64,000 nt of DNA, from NCBI GenBank assembly GCA_036172245.1, contig JAYWIR010000047.1:620001-684000 (forward strand), given 5' to 3'. Under the pieces are notes generated by a model. That model made no database searches. It was not told the origin of the DNA and saw only the letters and a list, made by a program, of their open reading frames with translations. The stretch comes from Raillietiella orientalis. Taxonomy: Eukaryota. The position numbers and the translations under genes were made by a program. Of this stretch, positions 49,517 through 62,100 are shown in pieces; positions within the stretch are counted from its first letter, which is position 1, and every line of letters begins with the position of its first letter.

Positions 49517-51537
49517 CATGGGTCCTTTTTGTTTTTCAAAATTTTCTTCAGCACCAAGAAACATTCATTTAGAAATTCAAATAGCAATGGTAACAACTTG
49601 AATGACAGTAAACTATTTATTGCCAAGCATTCAGTTTAATAAAATAGAATTTAGCAAATGATATTGTTGATTTCTTAATTTATAGTTCACTGCAAACATG
49701 CAAATTTATGTGGATCAAAATTTAAATTCCATTTTTGATGTTGGCTACTTGTTTGTAGTAATAGTCTGGATCATTCAGGTACTTGATTGTCTGTGAACAT
49801 GGTCTTGAAAAGATTCCTGTAATATCTAAGTACAACATAAAAAAGTGAAACATCAAAAGCTCCGAAAACAGCTATCATTTTGTAAAGAGCGCAAGTGTGT
49901 TGCAAAAATATATTCAAAAATCAAAACATCCTCAAAATTGAAAAACCGAGTTAAGTCAAGTATGTCAACTGGCAATACAATCTTACAAAAATGATCGATG
50001 TAATCTTATAACTATGAACAGTATCCAATGCAAGGTTTCTGTAGCTTTCATTCTCGAATTTGCGTAGCGATAACTAAAGTAAGGATTCAAAATTTAAAGG
50101 GTAAACCTTGCTGATATCCAGCCATCAGATGGCAGTGACCAGAAAAGCAATGCAATCTGTGAAACAGAGAAACACTTCACACAGATTAAGGGGCTGCTGC
50201 TATGTTTGCAGTGCATCATGCCCAATTTGTTTAACAGCCTTTGAGTACGCTTGCAGTAAACCATCTTAATTTTGGGACTCATAACGTAACCGAACAATTA
50301 CAAAAGCTGAACGCCATTTACACTCAGAGTTCGATATTTTCAATATTTATATGGGTCCTTAATCACTGATAGTTTCAATAACAATCAAGAAATTCCTTGC
50401 CATAGACATCCATATGTCAATTGTAAGTTATTACATAAATTTATTAATTACGGTATTATGAATTATAAAAACTAAGCGGCTAGAACAAATCGAAACAATA
50501 CAAAGCGACTCCTAAAACACAAACCACAAATAGCTATCGAGCCTGACATTGCACAATTTAGAGTTATGAAGATGAAATCACGGTGCCCAGAAATTCACGA
50601 GCAAACCATTCAGCGAAAATACTTTGACCCTTTTGGCAATTCGTTGCCGGAAACGCGTTGTCAGAAGGCTTTTGGTTATTTGGTAAGCAATCCATGTTGC
50701 ACAGTCGTGTGTTCATATGAATTTAAGTGAAACGCGGTTTCAAAGGCGCATTTTTGCTCGGGAAAGTTATTTTCTCATCTAACAGTATTTCCATTTCGAG
50801 TTTCTCCTATCATGAACACCAACTTCTAAGAACGAACTTTTTCTAAGAGAAGAGAAGTAAAATTGCAAGCCTGTCGGTAACGACTGTTTTCTCTCCACTA
50901 AGGGAGGAAATGGGTATATTACTGAGAAAGGTCAGCTTATGAGATCAAACGTCACTTGCAAACAACTTATTCAGGAGAGATCCTCCGTTGGACAAAAGCA
51001 ACTTCGAACTTATGGATTGTCAGTAAGCAAAATAAAAACCCGAATTTAAGGCTGTGCTCTCCGCATTGTCAAAGAAGGGAATGATCCTTTCAGAACGGAA
51101 ACTGTCGAAAATCAATCGTTTTCAGTTTCTGATTTCAGTCCGCTGGGACAGGAAAGGTGGTGACCTATGCCTAGCCAGGAAGAAGTCCTGGATCAGGGAA
51201 GCAATTTTTAAATGCGCCAGCCAGTCTGTTTACTACCGTTTTCGTGTCTTTAAAGGTTCCCATTCTAATGCAATTTACTTGTGCAACTACCCCACTTACG
51301 TTTCCCACATCTTTATCAATAGAAAATTATTGACTTTTGTGATGTATGAAAGCAGCGATTCTCAGCTATTCTTCCAAATACAATCTAACAGATTCAAATT
51401 TTCAAGGATAATTAATCTATCAAAACTTCTCATTGAGAACTCGCTTTGCTTTTGAAAAAAAAGTCCCTTTTTAATTCCGATGCAGCAGAGTATATTTAAA
51501 TAGTAAGTCCGAGAATGATCGATTATCTGGATTTCAT

Positions 51538-52254
51538 TCACAAAAGGCAGCAGAGGGAACATTTTGAAATTCCATATTTAGGCAGTAGGGTGTAGTTTTC
51601 GTGGTTTATTTTCGGTATAATAATCTAAAATAAATGTAGATAGCAATATTATGCTTTCTTTGCTGGTATTACAAAGGATAAAACATTTTACAACGTTTCT
51701 GGAACTGAATGATTCTGTCAAATCTTTTAAGAGTGAAATCTTCGATCCTAACTTTGCAACTGAAAACAAAAAATACATATTTACACAGAATCTTCGATGA
51801 GAAAAAAATTCCTAATATGCAGGTGTCAAAGAGAGAAAAAAACTTCGGTTTTATTTATAACCAATTGTGCGTGTAAAAACTACAGCTCCCAGCATCTAAA
51901 TTATTTTAAATATTAAATGCTTTTCATTACTTTGATATTGAAGGTTTGCCTTTAAGTAAATTATTTTTACCTGTTTTCTTATTTATCTGAAATATTTGGC
52001 TTGCTTAACTCTACACACATTTTAGTTACTTCCAAGTTACAAAAAGAGATGCATATTTCAAAATAAGGTTCTAATTTTCGCAATGGGTGCCCTGTGTAGT
52101 TTACATAAGTCTCAGTGTCGTAGTAGTGTTCGCATGGGATTTCTAAAGGTTTTGTGCCTTTGTGAATATCGAGATTCACATAATTATGCTTTTTAGTTGT
52201 GTGATCAGAATTGTCTACAGTGTACCAATTGCCTCCTGGGTGGTGTTTCGTCAT
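51538..52254 (-). CDS. Candidate orphan 106-aa protein ending in CaaX motif CCLL, 4 exons, head-to-head with GPATCH1
   Basis: Exons 52254-52105, 51986-51971, 51759-51692 and 51624-51538 all have GT-AG borders (acceptors atttcag, gttttcag, attttag) and compatible phases. No recognised homology. Confidence 0.35.
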
Positions 52255-52484
52255 GTCTCATCCTGTAATACAGTTTAATGCCCGACATTGAAGCAAAACA
52301 AAAGCCAAGACTGAAGATTCAAATGGCGAAGTACAGCCTTTTACACTTTCCGAAATTATGTGCATTGTTTACTTGCTTATAAGTAAGTGATTACGGTGTA
52401 CAGTGCCCATTCTCATATAGAGTTGTGAAGGAAAACTGTCATTGTGATTGCTTGGTAGTTGTTTTGTTTTACAACTTTTAAAGG

Positions 52485-55439
52485 ATGGAAAGTTCAGAAG
52501 AAAGTGATGATGACATCATTGGTACTCCGCTGGATCCAATAGACCCAGGTTTGTTTTATTTGAACAGAGAGCTGAGCTTCTGTGATATGTATTTGAACAA
52601 TGTTTAAGTTTTGGGGTTTGGCTGTTGAACCTCTCATTCAAATACTGTAAAATTAGTCAAGCCAATTGATGTTCAAATCCTAAGAACATACAAAGTACAA
52701 TTAATGTCCAATAAGATATTCTGCCCTTCTATTTACAATACCATGTTTTATAGTTACCATGTTTTTATTTTTTGTGTATTGCAAATAGCAAATCTGCCGT
52801 CAAAAAAACCCAAACAAATTGAAGATCAAGTTGTGAGAGATGAGCAGGGGAGGCGGAGGTTTCATGGAGCATTTACGGGTGGTTTTTCTGCTGGATATTT
52901 TAATTCAGTTGGTTCTAAAGATGGTTGGGCTCCTTCATCATTTGTTTCTTCTCGAACCAATAAGGCAATTTGTAGAGAACAGAAAGTTCAACAGTTCATG
53001 GATAAAGAGGTATGGATATCGATTTAGAATTGTGCAAGTGTTTTGTATAGGATTTTGGAGAATTTGGTTTTGCCCCACATGTGATGAAAGCCACAGAGGA
53101 TTTTGATGTCAAACGTGATTCCAAACGAAAACGTTATGTAGAATCAAGTTCTGATGGACCTATACCTGGTGAGCCAGTGTTGCATCAGCTGCTTCGTCCC
53201 GTCAGGTTTGTTCTTATATTTTATTATTTGATACAGCATATTATAGGAGATGAGGTTATATGTAATCTTCATGTTAACCATGATAATGAAAGCATGATGA
53301 ATGAAATAAATGATGCTTTCTAGGGAGACAGTTGGGATTAAAATTTTACGTAAAATGGGCTGGCGACCTGGTCAGGGCATTGGACCACCTGTTCGAGCTG
53401 TATCTAAGTGTACTGTGCTTCGTCCTGCTGTTGAAGATAAGAGCTTGGCTGGTCGGAAAGTTTATGGTTGTGCATTTCCTCCTGACTTTGATGAAATTGA
53501 GGATGATCTCAACAATTGGGTTCCCCCTGATGATATACCAACATTCGTAATTCAACCAAAAAGTGATATGTTTGGTTTGGGTTATAAGGGTCTGGACAGA
53601 GACACAATTCGATCCCGAAAACAAAATGTGAACGTCCCATTGCGTTTACTAACTGACAAGAAACAGAAGGTTGCCTTCACTGGCCAGGTACAATTGGAAT
53701 TTCAGTTAAATCAAGCTGGTAGGCATTTGGTGTAGGGGCATATGAGCAAGATGACGATAGCATCTATCAGCATGATGATATGAGCCAGTATGACTTTGTG
53801 CTTGGAGATGACATCTCTATGGAACCCAAGAAAACAGAGAAAATGTCCAAACTTTCTGCTCAAAAGTTGCTGCCAGGATTTGTTCCTGGTTCCAAGCCTT
53901 CAATCATAAAGAATGTTTTCCTTCCACCAAGTATTCCACGTGATTTTGTCTGTCGACATGAAACAAAGCCTGTGGGAGTACCAGTAGCATTGCCAAAAGT
54001 GCCAATGGCTCCTCATGCTCGCAGGGCTCTCTTTGATGAAACTTCTGATCAAAGCCTGGCACAGAAGATCACCAAATTCATTGCAGATCCTTCAAAAAGT
54101 AATGTACTTTTAATACCACATCCATTCTTGTCTCTTTGATATTTTTCAGATCCCCAATCACATGCCAAACCTGAACTTGGAAAGATAACTGAGCTCATTC
54201 AAGCTTCCCCAATCTGCCAGACCTTGGTGCAGACAATGACTGATAAGTATGTTGAATGAAACTAGTCTTCTTACCGCTAATAGGTTTGTGTCAGCTGGTG
54301 TTCCTCAACCTGCTGATAAGGTTGAAGAGCCAAAGAGCAAAAAGCAGGTTGCAGTTGAAGAGAAGCAATATGGGAAGCTGACCCGTTCTTCTTGGAAATG
54401 GCATCCAGATAGGTTGTTATGCAAACGTTTCAATGTTGCACCACCATATCCTGAGTGAGTTGCTTGATTCCAAACTGTGTGACAAAATCATAGCTCCAAG
54501 TTTGTGGGAGTTCCAAAGGAGGATGGTCAAGCTGCTGCCAGCAACAGTATTACTTTTGTATCATCGGCACCCCTAACTGAGATAGCAGAAAAACCTGTTG
54601 TGCTGAAGTCACAGTCTCAGAAGTCAAATTGGGATGTTTCATATAGACAAGAAGAGATGATGACTAACATGGAACAGATACAGGAGGAAAAACAGGAGGT
54701 GTGTGGTGTTTAGGAACTATTTTTTGCATTCAGAGGATTTTATGTGTTTTTTTATTGCTATTTATGCTTATTTTTATGTGTTTAGAAAACTCGTCCTCCC
54801 ATTGATCTCTTCAAAGCTATTTTCAAAGACTCAGACAGTGAAGATGACGAAGACCTGAATGCTATGTTAGTTGAGCAGAAAGAGAGTGTTTTGCAGAATA
54901 CAGTTGTTCCATCTTCTGAAAGTGCACAGAAATCCATACCAGCATCTAATAAAATCCAAGATCCCCCCAAATCAGTGTCCAATAAAATTTCAGATTCTAA
55001 TTCTAATGTTGCCTCTAAACGTCAAAAGTCTGCCAGAGGAGTATTTGCAAACATTGACTTCGAAGTTCTGAATAACTGGAAACGTCAGGAAAATGTGCCT
55101 GTGGAGGTTAAACATGAAGCTGTGCCCAAAAGGAAAACTCATACAGTTGAAAAAGACCTTTGTTGCAGTGAAAGCATTTCTCCTGTTGCTCAAGAATCAA
55201 ATCAAACAGATGGTTCTCTTGATGTAGCAAGTGCATTTTATGGACCAACACTTCCAAATCCCATGTCAAAACCATACCCCACAGCAGATGTGCAGCCATC
55301 TAAGTTACATCATAAACATAAAAAGAAAAAGAAGAAGAAAAAGCATAAGCATCATTCAGATTCCACAGATACAGAAGCTAACATGGATGATAAATTGGCT
55401 GCACTTATTAATAAGCAGTTTTCTTCCAACACCAAATGA
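52485..55439 (+). CDS. GPATCH1: G-patch domain-containing protein 1, 9 exons
   Basis: [39 protein letters not shown] (DUF1604), G-patch [56 protein letters not shown], and a poly-K/H tail. Introns 52549-52788, 53010-53050, 53206-53323, 53688-53722, 54099-54149, 54247-54283, 54455-54493, 54699-54785. Confidence 0.93.
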
Positions 55440-58400
55440 TTTGGGTCATCTTAGTTAAAAAACATGCTTATGGAAACTTCTTGCCAGGTACGACGGGATT
55501 TTTGCAAACTAAATTATTTTCAACAAAATAAACCATTGAGTGAGATCCTGAGGAATCTTTCAGTTTTCAGCTGTGTTGCTTGCAAACTAGATGGTTGTGT
55601 GCATCACCATTCCATATGGTAGACTTCCATGACAAAAAAAAAGAAAAAAGAACATGAAGAACACTTGTATTTCAACTGTGAGGTTTCTATTGCAAAGCAT
55701 TCTTGCCAACTGGGAGAAAATTCGATAAATTCATTGTCTTGACTCATACTGAAGGAAAACTAATTGACAGATGTTCCATGCAAGCATCATTGCTTGCCAT
55801 ATGGAGAGAGAACTAACAACAAATTTTCTTTATTCCAACAGCAGCAGGGCTGACTGTTTCTAAGATAATTGAGGAATAAATTTCCCTATTTCTGAAAGGG
55901 GTTTTTAAGATTTTTACAGCATTATGTAGATACAAAACCACTGTCAAAGGGATGCTGGGAACACAAGTGAACAAAAGCAATTTCTTTCTTTTTCATACAG
56001 TCCAACCAGAGTGTAAAGAACTACAAACCAAAGATGCTTCTTGTCAGTATGAGTGCAGTTAGGTGAAGACAAGTGGGACAAAAAGCTAAGGTGGCTTCAG
56101 TCAACTGGTGCCTTTACTTTGAGAGTGAGGCAATCACAGGACCCGTCAGTTCATGATGATGATAAAAAGTTGATGCAGTGTTAGTGGTCATTTTACGCGA
56201 CGTGCATTTGTTATAAATAATAATAACTATTCTCAAAATCTATTTCCAAATTTAGCTGCAGTAGATTGGAATCTATGGCTCCTTTGTAATCATTGCGTCG
56301 TGCTACCTAAATCGACTTCAGGTTTTCCAAGACTCATGGATCATCATTTATGATAGGGGTCATGTAGATTCTCGTTCTCCGTTATCTTTCCGGAAAAACT
56401 GATTGTTCCGTTCAAAGACCGGCGCCGGTCCCTTGAAAAATTATAGTTTTTCCAAGGTGCCCAAAGGGATTGCACTGGAATCGTGATCTTGGATTGAATG
56501 AAACGTTTTCTTGAAACAGGAACACCATTCATGTGATACACCGCTTGTAAGCTACTGTAAAAACTTTTGTTTCATTGTGGTAATCGAGTTAGGGTCATGG
56601 AAAACATTAGAAATTATGATTTGTTAAGTAGAAATTACTTCGTTCTCTGAATGAAGTTAATAAAATAATGATCAAGCAAGATACCAAAAACTCCAAGGCA
56701 CCTCTATCTACTCGCCCTGGTTCACGTTAGATAACTGACGAAGTTTGCCAATATTGCGACCAGTATCTTTCTTGGAATCACTGATGTGGATGATTGAAAT
56801 CGATTTGCTCCCTTATAGCAGTAGATATTAAAATCTCCTAGAGCATTCTCTTCTCAAAAGCTTCTAAGTACACACCTCAGTAGATTTCCCAGCGGATTTC
56901 ATTCAATGTGAGATCGGCTTTTCTCTACGGATTGCAATCTCTGCAAACTTGTTTTAAATCCTCATCAAATCCCAAACTTCAGAATTTATTCCTTTCGTCT
57001 CCGTCCTCTTTTCTGATCAGAGAACAAGATTTTCTAAGCTTTTTTTTTTTTTAAATTTTGGGGACTGAACCCAAACTTTAAGTATCGGTCAAGAGATAGG
57101 GAACCTATTTGACACAACTGGCCGCATCTTCACCTAAAACATATGTTACGGACTTTATACTCAGTGAAATCCGATTTCTATATTCATTTTTTTTTTATTT
57201 TTTGTTTACGATGTATGAATGTCTTTTAATTCCATCGGTCCAACTATCAGCTATCAGATGAGTCTTCCTTACTCGAGTTGTCAAGATGGAGATAGGCTCT
57301 ACGGAGAACGAACCGAAGAAACAGAATAATGTCTTTTATTAAGCATCTCATAACATGTAAATTAGACCAGCAAAGAGGGGGAGCAACTCTAAGTAAAAAC
57401 TTAGTAATCACTTATTTCACAATTTATTGAATTGTGCCATGCACATTTTTTTTCTCCAATTAGATTAAATATATTCATGTCTGAATGTTAAAAATTCTCC
57501 TTTTTATAGCTGTCAGAATATTTTATAAAATATAGCAGCAATTTAAATTTATTCTACATATACCTTACATGCTTATGACGTTGTCTGTCTGTATACACTA
57601 ATAACAAAAAAATCAGTGGAACAAAACGATATAAAGTTGCTTGATTATCATTTGGACTGATTAGAGAGATATTTTAAGGTGTTTTCCGCAATTTTGTGTA
57701 TATCAATCAACATCACAAAGCTGGGCGTGCAAAGATATTCATCTGTGAGCCTACTCCTATTTTTACATTTTACAATGGCCACTTCTGAGAAAAACTGTTC
57801 GTACGAATATGTAGTTGCAAACAAAGTACACGCTTTGAAACATGTTTTTTAAAGCGGTATTTTTTATGAAATTCAGTCAGTAGAATGGAACCAAATTTTG
57901 TACCAACGCTATCGTCAGCCACGTAACTCATGCTGAAAACTTGAAACAGCTATCTATGGTTGTATCGAGAATGGAGTAGAAACTGATCGTAGTTACATCT
58001 GGATTTCAGACATCTGAAACTCGTTTTTCAATAAGCCTATGAGGTTGTAACAGTCCATATTTCACATTAGAATACGGGATTCGTTGGTTGGGGTGTGGTG
58101 AAATGTATCAAGTTATTACTGGGAAACTGGGTTTCCCACGATTTAAGGAAAGAGTCGATTAGATGCAAGACATCCTAGGAGTTGATATCCAGTTCTGATA
58201 AACGGGCATCGATATCCATGAGAAAGGCAAGGCCTTACAAGGCCAATCGTCTTTTCCGTTTCAGAGAGGGTGCGACCTCTCATATCCATAAACAATTCCA
58301 TTTTACAGGTTTTCCTATTCTTTTTTGCAATACTCTGTTTTACAGAAGGGTTTTAACATTTCACTTTTAGTAAGCCACTCTACATGGCAATAGTGCAGAA

Positions 58401-58530
58401 GATACTGATATTCTTCCTCCGATTCAGATAAATTTGTTTACATGTTGTACGATGTATAGTGAGATTTACATGTTTCGTTACCTCAGATATTGCTGCATTA
58501 ATGGGTAAGCACGCTCTGACAAGAAACGAA

Positions 58531-58953
58531 CTAGTTATGATAGAACCCAGGCGCCTGATCATCACCTCGGATTAGGGAACCTCGTTTCGTGTCCATTTCG
58601 ATCATTCGACAGTGACAGAACCGTCTTCTACATGGTCCCATCACTTTACCTGTGTGCTCTTGGACCATTTGCTTTGATGTTACCTCAGCTGCTCGGCTGC
58701 TCGTCGGATTGCTTCTGAATTCTGAGCGTTGCGGCGCGAATCGGTCGCCTCCGATGTCCCCCGATGTCTCTGCTGCCTGGGTCCCGCGAATGCTATTGGG
58801 CACCCTGTGGCGTCACGTAAGTCGCTGCTGCTGCGCCTCCGGCCATCCTTCGCCGTGTCAACAGAAGAGTGGAACAGGTGGAAGTGCTGCTGCGACCTTT
58901 GCGATGGGCAGTGTGCGATGCCGTTCCTGGTTGCAATTCCTGTACCTCACCAT
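58531..58953 (-). mobile_element. Possible decayed Helitron Rep/Hel N-terminal remnant
   Basis: GC-rich island in AT-rich DNA. A single minus frame from ATG 58953 with two internal TGAs reads EAQQQRL, QAAETS, SRAAE, then TGKVMGPCRRRFCHC. This resembles Helitron N-terminal RAAET/EQRQxRL repeats followed by an IGxMxxxCxxC zinc finger. Confidence 0.25.
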
Positions 58954-59182
58954 TTCACCTCACACGAAGATCTTTTCCTCTTCGCACTTTGAGTAGCCTC
59001 TTCAGACTGCTTAACAGACACAGCTGAACGGCATGAACTGATTTTTGCTCCCAGAGTTCCCGTGGTTATACATGAGTGTGTTTTTTGTTTTGTCTTTGCT
59101 TCCATTGGTGTCCTTAAAAATGGTTTCAACTGTGTTTTCGATACTCCTTTCAATTTGTTGATTGGAATTTGTATCGTATGCG

Positions 59183-62100
59183 ATGAAGAAGGAAGACGTG
59201 TGTTCCAATGATATTGAAATATCAGAGGTAAAAAGAACTCTTGAACTGTTATGCTCTTGATATACGGTGAAAAGAGTTTTGTTTCAACTTGCGAAATGTT
59301 AAAAATCAATTTAATGGAGTGTTCGTTAAGAATTGCCTACCTGTTAAATGTTACAGTAACTTTTAAGACAGCATGAAAATATTGGGTTTGTGAATTAATA
59401 TCTTTCACTTTCAAGGTCATTGGTAAAGGATCTTTCGGTGTAGTTTACAAAGGAAAGTGGAAATGTAAAGTGGTGGCTATCAAAGAATTTCATTTTGGAA
59501 GTGTCAGCAGTAAATTATTTACGTTATTTAGCAATGAAGTGAGCCTGTTGTCACGAATTTCTCATCCAAATATTATACAATTTGTTGGATCATGTGTCAA
59601 GAGCAAAGGCCTATCTTGGATTATAATGGAATATGCAGATGGTGGAACTCTTCACAATGGTTTGTGGCGTATTTCAAATATTTTTTCTTTAAGACTTCTA
59701 TTTTGTAAATATAAAGTGCCTTCTTTATAAATTTAAGGTTAAGTGCCTACCAAATTGTTCTCCATTATTTATCTACCAGTCTCGCAATTTTTAATGAGGT
59801 ACAGTTTGTTAGAACTCGATGAAAAATATGATTTAGCAGTAGTAGTATTCAGATGCTTGGGTAGATTTTAAGCATGGAGTGAACCACTTCCAGCATTTAT
59901 GATTTTATAGATTGATGCTTGTATAGTGATCATGATTTATTGGAAACAATTGATCATTACCAGAAAATGCAGTTATAGATTTTGAAAAGTAATCCTGAAC
60001 TTTTAATCACTTCAAGTTGTTTCCACGTTATACATCTTTACCATGATTTGCATGGAGTTTCATGTGTTGTTGATGTTTCATTTAGCGGATTTATGGCAGA
60101 TGTGGTCTTATCACCGCTCTATGTTCATCTTACTATCTCAAATCTTTAAGTTTTAAGTTACCATTAAGGAAATGGGATCAACATTGGAGATTAGCCACAA
60201 ACAAAGCAAGCATAATATAGTTAACTAAAGTATGAATGTGTCTCAAGTTTGCATTAGTAAGCACAAAATTTGGCAAGATTGCAATCTTACAACATGCTCA
60301 TTCTGATTTGCATTTTTTGTTTAGAGATAAAATGAAAAAATGTTCAATAGCCTAAGCAGTAAGGAAATTGATTATTAAGAATACTAGTAGAATAATGGAG
60401 GGTCGTAGGTACAAAAGGACGTATACCAATAATTTTTGACTTATTAGCATCCTTTTTGCGAGTTTTGTTGATCTCAGGAGTATTTTAAAATGCTTATTGT
60501 AACCAAATCAATAGAAAAGTCGAAAAGACTGCAGTACTATTCAGTGATTCTTTCTTGATTTTTAATTATTTTCTGAAATTAATTAATTTTGGTGTGTTCA
60601 GAGACATATGTCAAATGTTTATCATGCTACACAACAATGATGATTGAAAAACTGTGGGTATACAAGATATTGCATTTACTTTCCAGATCACATTGGGGTT
60701 ACATACAAGGCCTTTATGTAAGGTTTCTTGTTTGTAATTGAGTATTATCAGTGCCCTTTTGTTGCAGTTTATATAAATAAAAAAGTATTTCCATTTTCAT
60801 GCAAAATTTGGATTTTTCCTTAACATTGTATATTAAATTTAACATATTTTTGATATTGTTTCCTTTGTGCTTGAATGCAAAGCCACAATTAGCAAATACC
60901 TCTGGCATGTAAATTATATAAACAAGGTGTTATTTTTCAAGTACATCCCCTATGCCAAGGATGTAACAAGTTTTAATCTTTATTTGTACTTTAGGAATGT
61001 TTGCAGTGTAAGAACTATGTTCATTAAAGATATAAAGCCATCTGGAAAACCTGTGTCATTTTCATTATTTTAGATTGTATCCTTTAATGTTTTATCTAGC
61101 ACATATGTGAAGGAAATATATGATCACCAAAAATATTTTTTTTGCATATGTGGGTGTTTCATAAAATTGATGCTCAGATGTTCATTGGGAAGGAAGAGGT
61201 CAATTTTGACATGCAAAAGAGTATTTAAGTGATGTATAAAAATATCCAAATTTCCAATTGCATTTTGTTGATCACAAATTAATTTTCAAATATTTGAATT
61301 GGATTAAGTCTTCCTAAAATTTTAAAAACCTTCGTAATGTAAAGAATGTTCCGACTTTTAATCTAGGGAATTTTATGATGCATATAATTAAGCTGACTAG
61401 TCTGTTCAAGCTTTTGTGGTCTTATTTCGATTGTAACTTGTAAAGCTATAAATTTGCATATGAGCTGTGTGAATTTTTTTCATTTTTTTCGTACGTATAA
61501 TTATTCACATTACTGAAAAATTTCTTTGATCCATTTAGTGTTGCATGAATGTTCACAATGCCATTATGATGCTGGACAGGCTACAAGGTGGACTCTTCAG
61601 ATTGCCCAGGGTGTTACTTATCTTCACACAATGAAACCTGAACCCTTGATTCATAGGTAAAAAAATAAAATAGTGTAGTGCTATTGCAGATTTTTAAACA
61701 AGTTGTACTTATACAAGGATAGTTTTATGTTTGTTACGATGAATTTGTCATCAATAAATTCGTTTAGTAATTCCTCATTTCAGTGATCTATAAATGTATT
61801 CTGAATTCATGCTTAACACAAAGAAATTCACAAATAGGCTCTTGATGTTTCTAGCAAAGCTTTTTGGAATGCATGGAAGGTTTATCTATTTTACAGACTT
61901 CATTATGTCTACCAAGTTATAAAATATGTTTATGGATACATTAACTTTTTAAATAAAAAAATTGTCAAATTCCATTCTGTAAGAACATTTGTTTGATATG
62001 AACCAGTCAAGAACAAACTGGAAAATTGGACGTCAAGCTTTACTTGGTGATATACTTCTTCTTATGTCCTTTGTACTAATAAGTAACACATGAGTAATAT

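Noticed and set aside
52105..52254. Resemblance of the orphan ORF (KHNYVNLDIHKGTKPLEI...INKK) to the neighbouring pyrophosphatase ([22 protein letters not shown])
   Set aside because: Only a few identities, no catalytic Asp motifs, and inconsistent spacing. Not enough to call a paralogue.
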